From Camelus dromedarius (Eukaryota): 64,000 nucleotides of DNA. Below the pieces are notes generated by a model, which made no database searches, was not told the origin of the DNA, and worked only from the letters and a program-made list of their open reading frames with translations. The first letter of the stretch is position 1. Each line of letters opens with the position of its first letter. The stretch spans positions 4,836,001 through 4,900,000 of the forward strand of contig NC_087437.1 of NCBI RefSeq assembly GCF_036321535.1. Direction: 5' to 3'. This document shows positions 58,279-64,000 of the stretch, piece by piece. The translations under genes and the position numbers were made by a program.

Positions 58279-60326
58279 CTGCAACAAGAAGAAAAAAATA
58301 AATTGAAATATTTTGCATAAAATATTTTAAGTAAATCTCTTGAAATAATAGTTACATATAGTCCAAATTGGATGAATAACAACTGAAAAAGTAGTACTGC
58401 ACTTTTTTATATTTTCTGCTAATAAATGACCCTTAAATTATAAAACAAAATTATCCTTTTTAATTGATGTAATTACCCAATAAGGTATTAGCTCTTTTTA
58501 TTAAGAATCAAATAAACATCATTTTATAATAGGCTAGAAAAGCCACCTTTATACAGAGCATATCCGATGTGAAAATCAGACTCCACTTGAGAATGTATGT
58601 TAAAAACTCAGATACTTAAATGAACAGGAATACTTAGACACAAAACATTGACTATTACAAAGCCTTCATTGTATTTCTTTACTAATTAATGCATCATGTC
58701 ATGAAGCAACGTAATAATAAGAAAACAGTTTTCCACTGATGATTAAAAATGCATTGGTACTATAGAGTTATTTTATTAAACAGAAACAATGACTATAAAC
58801 TAAGGGACAAAAAGTTAAGAAAGAAAGAAAGAAACCAACGCCATGTCTTTTCAGGTTCCAAGATGTAATAATTTTTAAAAAATGACAAAAACAAATCAAC
58901 TATGTACAGTTTTTTAAAAATCATAAGCCAATGGACAAAACCTATCCTTAGTAAAATGGAAATACACCTCCTAAAACAAAAAGTGTATTACATAATTTGA
59001 GGGGGGATCTATCGCCTAGGTAAAATCCACTGGTTTCATGCTTAAATCTGAACCAAACAGAAGCAGCGCACTCACTGTAGGACCCCTGTAAGCAGAAACG
59101 GCCCCGGCCCTCAGAAGGGCACTGCAGGCAATCCTAGACTTCCACCTAGAACCGTAACTAGCAGTGGGCAGAGGCTTCAGATACCTAGTCCAATCTCCTT
59201 ACTTTCTAGATGATGAAATGCAGCTGCAGAAGCTGCTCAACGTCAGCCAACTCTAGCCCGCACCAAGGACAGACTCAGACGACCTACTGTTCACACATTC
59301 TCTGCTTTGTGAGGTTCTAGGGAATATTCAAGTGCAGTGAGTCCAAGTTATGGCCCCCACAGAGACTAGCTGCAGGTCCCTAACTGGCTGTGTGATCCCT
59401 CTGAACCTGTTTCTTCACATACAAGACGCATCTCCTAATACTGTTACAAAGATTAACACATAACCAACGTACTGGTACACACACAGCACACATATGTTAC
59501 AGGTAGACTTTAAAAGTCCTCAACATGAGAGAAAAGGAATGAAATGCAGGTGTAGGACTGTCCACAAAGGCAGCAGCTGAAATTTGAGAGCAGAACTCTC
59601 CGTGGGCAGGGACGGTGAGGACACTCAAAGAATCACGAACCAGTAGGAGAGCTTTCAAGGTGGCCTAAGGCTTTGGGTGAAACAAAGGGATTCAGCAAAA
59701 TACAGAATCAGGTAGAGAGAGTGGTCTGTACACGTAATACACATCTGCACAACTCCCCGCCAGGCCCTGCGGAGACCGGACGGTGACAACACAGGCTGCC
59801 TGATGACGGCGAGGCCAGCGTTCGTGCTGGGTGCGAGGCACAGTCAGCCCAGCGCCTGACGTGCTCACGGGTCAGAAGGCCGGGCCCCAGGGAGGCTGGG
59901 CTCCTTCCTTCTCCACCCCCGTCGCTTGGAACTTCAACGGTTCTCTAGAGCACCTGCACCTCTTTCTGTGAGCCTGTACCTACGTGCACAGCAGGAGGGC
60001 AAGTCCTGGCACCAAGGCCTGAAGGGCAGCGACACAGACACTCAGAAGTGAGAAGCACACTGGAAAGACAAGGGGAGAGAAGACTGAGGCCTGATGGCCA
60101 GCCTCCGACCTGGGCAGGGTCAGCGTCTGATTCAAGGTTATTAACAGACAAGGAAGCACAGTGCAGCTGTCCCCAAAATGAGGATGATCTCTATGCGCTG
60201 GCAAAGATCCGAGCAATAAAAAGTAAAAAGAGCAGCAAGTAAGAACTGTATGAATGTTATTCTTTACTTTTACGCAGAAAAAGGAAATCCTCAGGAAAGC
60301 TGAGACACTGGGAGCAGCGGCTGCCT

Positions 60327-60345
60327 GTGTGTGTGTGTGTGTGTG
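60327..60345. repeat. (TG)9 microsatellite
   Basis: Direct reading. Confidence 0.95.
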
Positions 60346-61419
60346 CTGGTGGTGGGGGCAGGGAGGAGCGGCTGGTGTGACAGGGGACAGGACTGAAGGC
60401 AGCTCCACTGGGGCTGTGCACCTGTGAACATACGCATACTTCAACTCTGAAATGAAAAGGAAACACCGCATCTTCAAAAAGTGAACTGTATTTAAGAGGA
60501 AATAAAAGGAGCGGTCACAAAAAACAGTCCAAGAATTTGGCTTCAAGTGCAAAGAAAAAAATTAAAAGGAGCAAGAGGGTAAGGACAGTCTGTCTTTCTT
60601 GTGGATACGGATTATCAGACAGACAACTGAAGGAGGGAAGTCTAATCTTCACAGTGCATTTGGCAGCCCAAAGCAAAAACTCTGCTGGCTTCATTCTTCC
60701 ATTTTAAGTTACAATAATTAATTAAGTAGTCTTTCTTTCTCTTTACTTTTAATAACAAAATCACAGTTAATTTCATCAAAACATAGGTGACTACAACCAA
60801 GAGTCCACCAATGGCTTCATGCTTCATGAGGACACATCATGCTGCTACTTGCAACAAGTAGATAATGGGATAAAAACTTTGGACTGTTCTTTTCAGATTC
60901 TGAAGATACTTATCTGCTGGAAGATCAGCAGTGGGATTTTAGACATCTGATCACAACCTTTCTCACAAGACACTCATATTTCATTAAATCATCTTTCTTC
61001 TAATAACACTAATCAAATAGCTTAATTCCTTGGAAGTGAAAGGGCAAGCAGGTGAGAAACGGCTGGGCTCTCTCTCTGAGCACAATACAAGTATCTCCCC
61101 TGCCACATGGGTGAATTAGTACGTGCATTATATATTAACAGACACGGCACACCAATGCCCGCTAAAAGAGCAGACGCTGGCTGTAAAATGAAAAAATGGC
61201 TTAAGGGCAGTAAACACGCAGCGCACGTCAGATATCCAGGCTACCAAGGCTCATCTCATGTGGAGTCTCTGAGGGTAACCAGACTTCTGTCGCACACACA
61301 GAGCTCCAAAATTAGCTACATGTCCATAAACACCAACTACAAGCCATTACAGTAACAGAAAAGGCATTTCCAGGGTAAAGTTAACTAATCCAACGGCTGA
61401 AAGCTAGACATAGGACTAA

Positions 61420-61590
61420 GAGTGGAGATGAGACAGGAAGACGGAAGGAGGGAGGGAGAGCTAGAGAAGGGGAGGGGAAGACAGAGGGGAGGAAGAGGGG
61501 AGGGAAAGAGGAGGGGGAGGAAGAGGGGAGGGGAAGATGAAGAGGAGGGGGAGGTGGAAGGGAGGAAGGAAGGGAAAGGAAAGAAAGAAA
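61420..61590. repeat. Purine-rich low-complexity tract
   Basis: GGA/GAGG/GGAA-rich; source of spurious ORF 61422..61604. Confidence 0.9.
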
Positions 61591-62706
61591 CCCTATCTAC
61601 TTAAAATACAAAACAGTCCTCGCACAGCGAAGTAAAACCAAATGTGCCAGCTCCGGTGGCATCAGCAGGTGCCCTCTACCTGGCAGTGCATAGAAGGATG
61701 ACTAAGTCATCAAGAAAAGATTAATTTCTTTACTATTTCCTAATCATTAAAACAGAAAACAAAACAGCAGGGCCACGTCAAGTGTCACACCAGGTTACTG
61801 GAGGCCCTGTGATAGGAGTCCCACTCAGAAGCCCAAGACAGTAAAGATGGCACTTTGAAGCTGATGTCACTGACAACCACCGCGACCCAACATTACAGAA
61901 AACCATTCATCGCGAGGAGTGTATCTCGTTCAATCCAAGGTTCTTCTGCCCAACTGTGTAAGTCAAATACTTCCTTCACTGCCTTTCCCCACAAATCCAG
62001 AGAGATCAGCTGAGCTCTCCCTTATGATAAATAAGCAGCCACAACTTATTCCACAGGAAACATCTACATTTGGATTCTCCTTCCCAGAGTAGAGATGTGA
62101 TTATAGGTTTCTAACATGTTAAAACAAGAAAACGAACAAGGCAGAAATCAACCGCAGGGTCACCCAAACAGGCTGGTTGTGTCCACCCGACACCACAGTT
62201 GAGATTATACAGAAAAACTCAAATAACCTGCCTCCTTTCACCCAACGCTTTCATTTACTAATTCACACATGTAAATGTACTCCGAAACAATAGTTTTTTT
62301 TTTTTTTAAGAAAAAAGATATTTAAGGTAAGGTTTCCAGATTAGATACATGCCTAAGTCATGAGGAGGTAAAACAGAAAGTAATTAATAAAAAAATAAAG
62401 TCTGGTTTGCGTACATCAGCCTGAGGCGCACGCGTGTCCTTGTCGAGGGGGGCTCCCATCTGACTCCAGTCCTCATTCTGAGGGACGACCGATGCACCTG
62501 TCTTCTCCCTAATCTCACCCCCACCAGTACCTGCCAATCTGTTGATTTCTGAATCTCAGTTGTCAGTAAGACAAGAGTTGTGGTGAATGACCTCTAAGAC
62601 CCATTTCCAGTTATAACACTCCAAGCTATTTAGAAATACTCAGAATAAATTATTTCATGCATAATAAATACCTTGCCCTAATTTAACCTTAAATAGGGAA
62701 TCAATA

Positions 62707-62892
62707 CTGGGGCTCTCCAAACCACAGCCCACAGGGTGCCAGCCACCTACTCTGCAAATAAAGCCATGCTGCAGCACAGCTGCCCTCTCCCCGCACGTGC
62801 TCACACGCAGCCTCCACATGGGAGGGGGGCTGAGCAGCTGCTAGCGTCTGTGCGACCTCTGACGTTCAAAGTCTTGTGACCTCTGACACAGG
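62707..62892. mobile_element. MER58-like (hAT-Charlie) remnant
   Basis: ctggggctctccaaaccacagccc...tgcaaataaagccatgctgcagcacagc...gctgagcagctg. Confidence 0.5.
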
Positions 62893-63273
62893 ATATGTAC
62901 TTGAGAGTTGACACCATTTTCCTATGTGTTTGTAGTAATTACAGTCCCGCTAATAATTTTCTAAAACTTCTGCCTGCAGGGAATAGCTCTCTTCTCTGCT
63001 CCTAAGCCGCAGAGGAGAATCCACACCCAGCGAGCTGGGCCAGGCGCCAAGCACGTTAAGCATCTCCTCAAGCTGCAGAGAACGCTTTCCCTCGGCTGAC
63101 TACCAAAAGCAGTGGCCAAAGCTTCAGACTGTTTTCAGGTTGGGAGAAGGAGCACAAAGCAATTACATTTCCACTTTCCCACTTGTGATGCTGGATTACC
63201 ACTCCTCCTCACCCCCCAAAAAACCCCTAGCTGGTGCACTTTATCACTTCAGAGGGTGGTAATGGACACTGGA

Positions 63274-63677
63274 TGCTGGGACTGAACTGTGTCCGCACCA
63301 TCAAATTCATATGTTGAAGTCCTAACCCCAGCACCTCAAAATGCAACCTTATTTGGAGATAAGATCTTCACAGAGGTAACTAAATTGAAATGAGGATTTT
63401 TTAGGGTGGGCCCGAATCCAGTACAACTGGATCTTTAAGAACAGAAGAAATTTGGACACTGACATGAACAGATGAAAGATATAAGGAGAAGGTGGTCACT
63501 TACAAGCCAAGGAGAAAATCCTAGAACAGCTCCTTCTCCCACAGCTCTCAGGAGCAACTGACCCTGCCAACACCTTGACCTTGGACTCCGGCCTCCAGAA
63601 CTGTGAGAAAATAAACTTCTGTGGCTTAAGTCACTCAACGTGTGCTAACTTGTTGGCATCCCCAGCAAACTAACACA
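63274..63677 (+). mobile_element. MLT1B-type (ERVL-MaLR) solo LTR
   Basis: tgctgggactgaactgtgtcc...aaattcatatgttgaagtcctaacccc...accctgccaacaccttgaccttggactccggcctccagaactgtgagaaaataaac...aaactaacaca. Confidence 0.85.
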
Positions 63678-64000
63678 TCAGCACTGGAGGCTTTCAAGGG
63701 TCACATACCTTAGGTCCAATTCTTAAAACCAGAAACATTCATATTTCCTTATTAAGAACTTAATTTGCTGAAAAAGGCCAATCAAATGGATTTCTGACTA
63801 ACACACAACACTGTTTTTCACTACCCAACACATGCTGGAAACAGCCTGAGGTACCGGTAAATCTGTAGTTTTAAATTCAAACATTAAATGGATAGCTCCC
63901 ATAAAAGTATCCATACGTAGGTAGCCAGAAAAATCTAGTCCTTAAAACAGAAGTTCTTTAACAAAAGTCACTGCCTACACAACTGTTACTAAATGCTAAG

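Noticed and set aside
59980..60552. 190-aa minus-strand ORF that could be taken for an upstream ANKRD28 exon
   Set aside because: No ankyrin motif, runs through a (CA)n repeat and starts at a non-ATG codon. The expected upstream exon ([16 protein letters not shown]...) is not found in 58279-64000.
11254..62472. Recurring ctgactccagt motif (~11254, 12720, 43053, 62460)
   Set aside because: Dispersed with no regular spacing, resembles common MIR/L2-derived words, and is not an array or CRISPR-like repeat.
1..64000. Prokaryote-style systems (CRISPR, operons, defence islands) or intronic snoRNA/miRNA genes
   Set aside because: This is spliced mammalian DNA. By eye I found no repeat-spacer array, no convincing sense-strand C/D box pair with terminal stem and no pre-miRNA hairpin; an Infernal/Rfam scan is needed to exclude ncRNAs formally.

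Overview
This is mammalian genomic DNA, most likely camelid, judged from three copies of a Vic-1-like tRNA-derived SINE. One minus-strand gene dominates the window: ANKRD28 (PP6 regulatory ankyrin-repeat subunit A, also called PITK). I traced 25 coding exons by hand from 58278 down to the TGA stop at 8823-8825. All have GT-AG boundaries with consistent phase and total 2972 nt, about 990 codons. The exons for roughly the first 63 aa lie beyond base 64000. A ~3 kb 3'UTR ends at an AATAAA at 5868-5873 (minus). The rest is intronic or intergenic DNA with L1, L2, L3/CR1, MIR, MLT1 and MER21-like LTRs, Tigger/MER2/MER20/MER58 DNA transposons, SINEs and microsatellites. I found no new multi-gene system. 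The most interesting observations are small: a probable L1 3'-transduction inside an L2, a poly(A)-less internal L1 ORF2 insertion with a clean TSD, an acceptor with U12-like geometry paired with a non-U12 donor, a 27-nt microexon, patchy GC/CpG enrichment that appears to drive amino-acid change, a strong intronic CTCF motif, and 3'UTR miRNA/Pumilio sites. Repeat family names and comparisons with human ANKRD28 come from memory and need RepeatMasker/BLAST confirmation.
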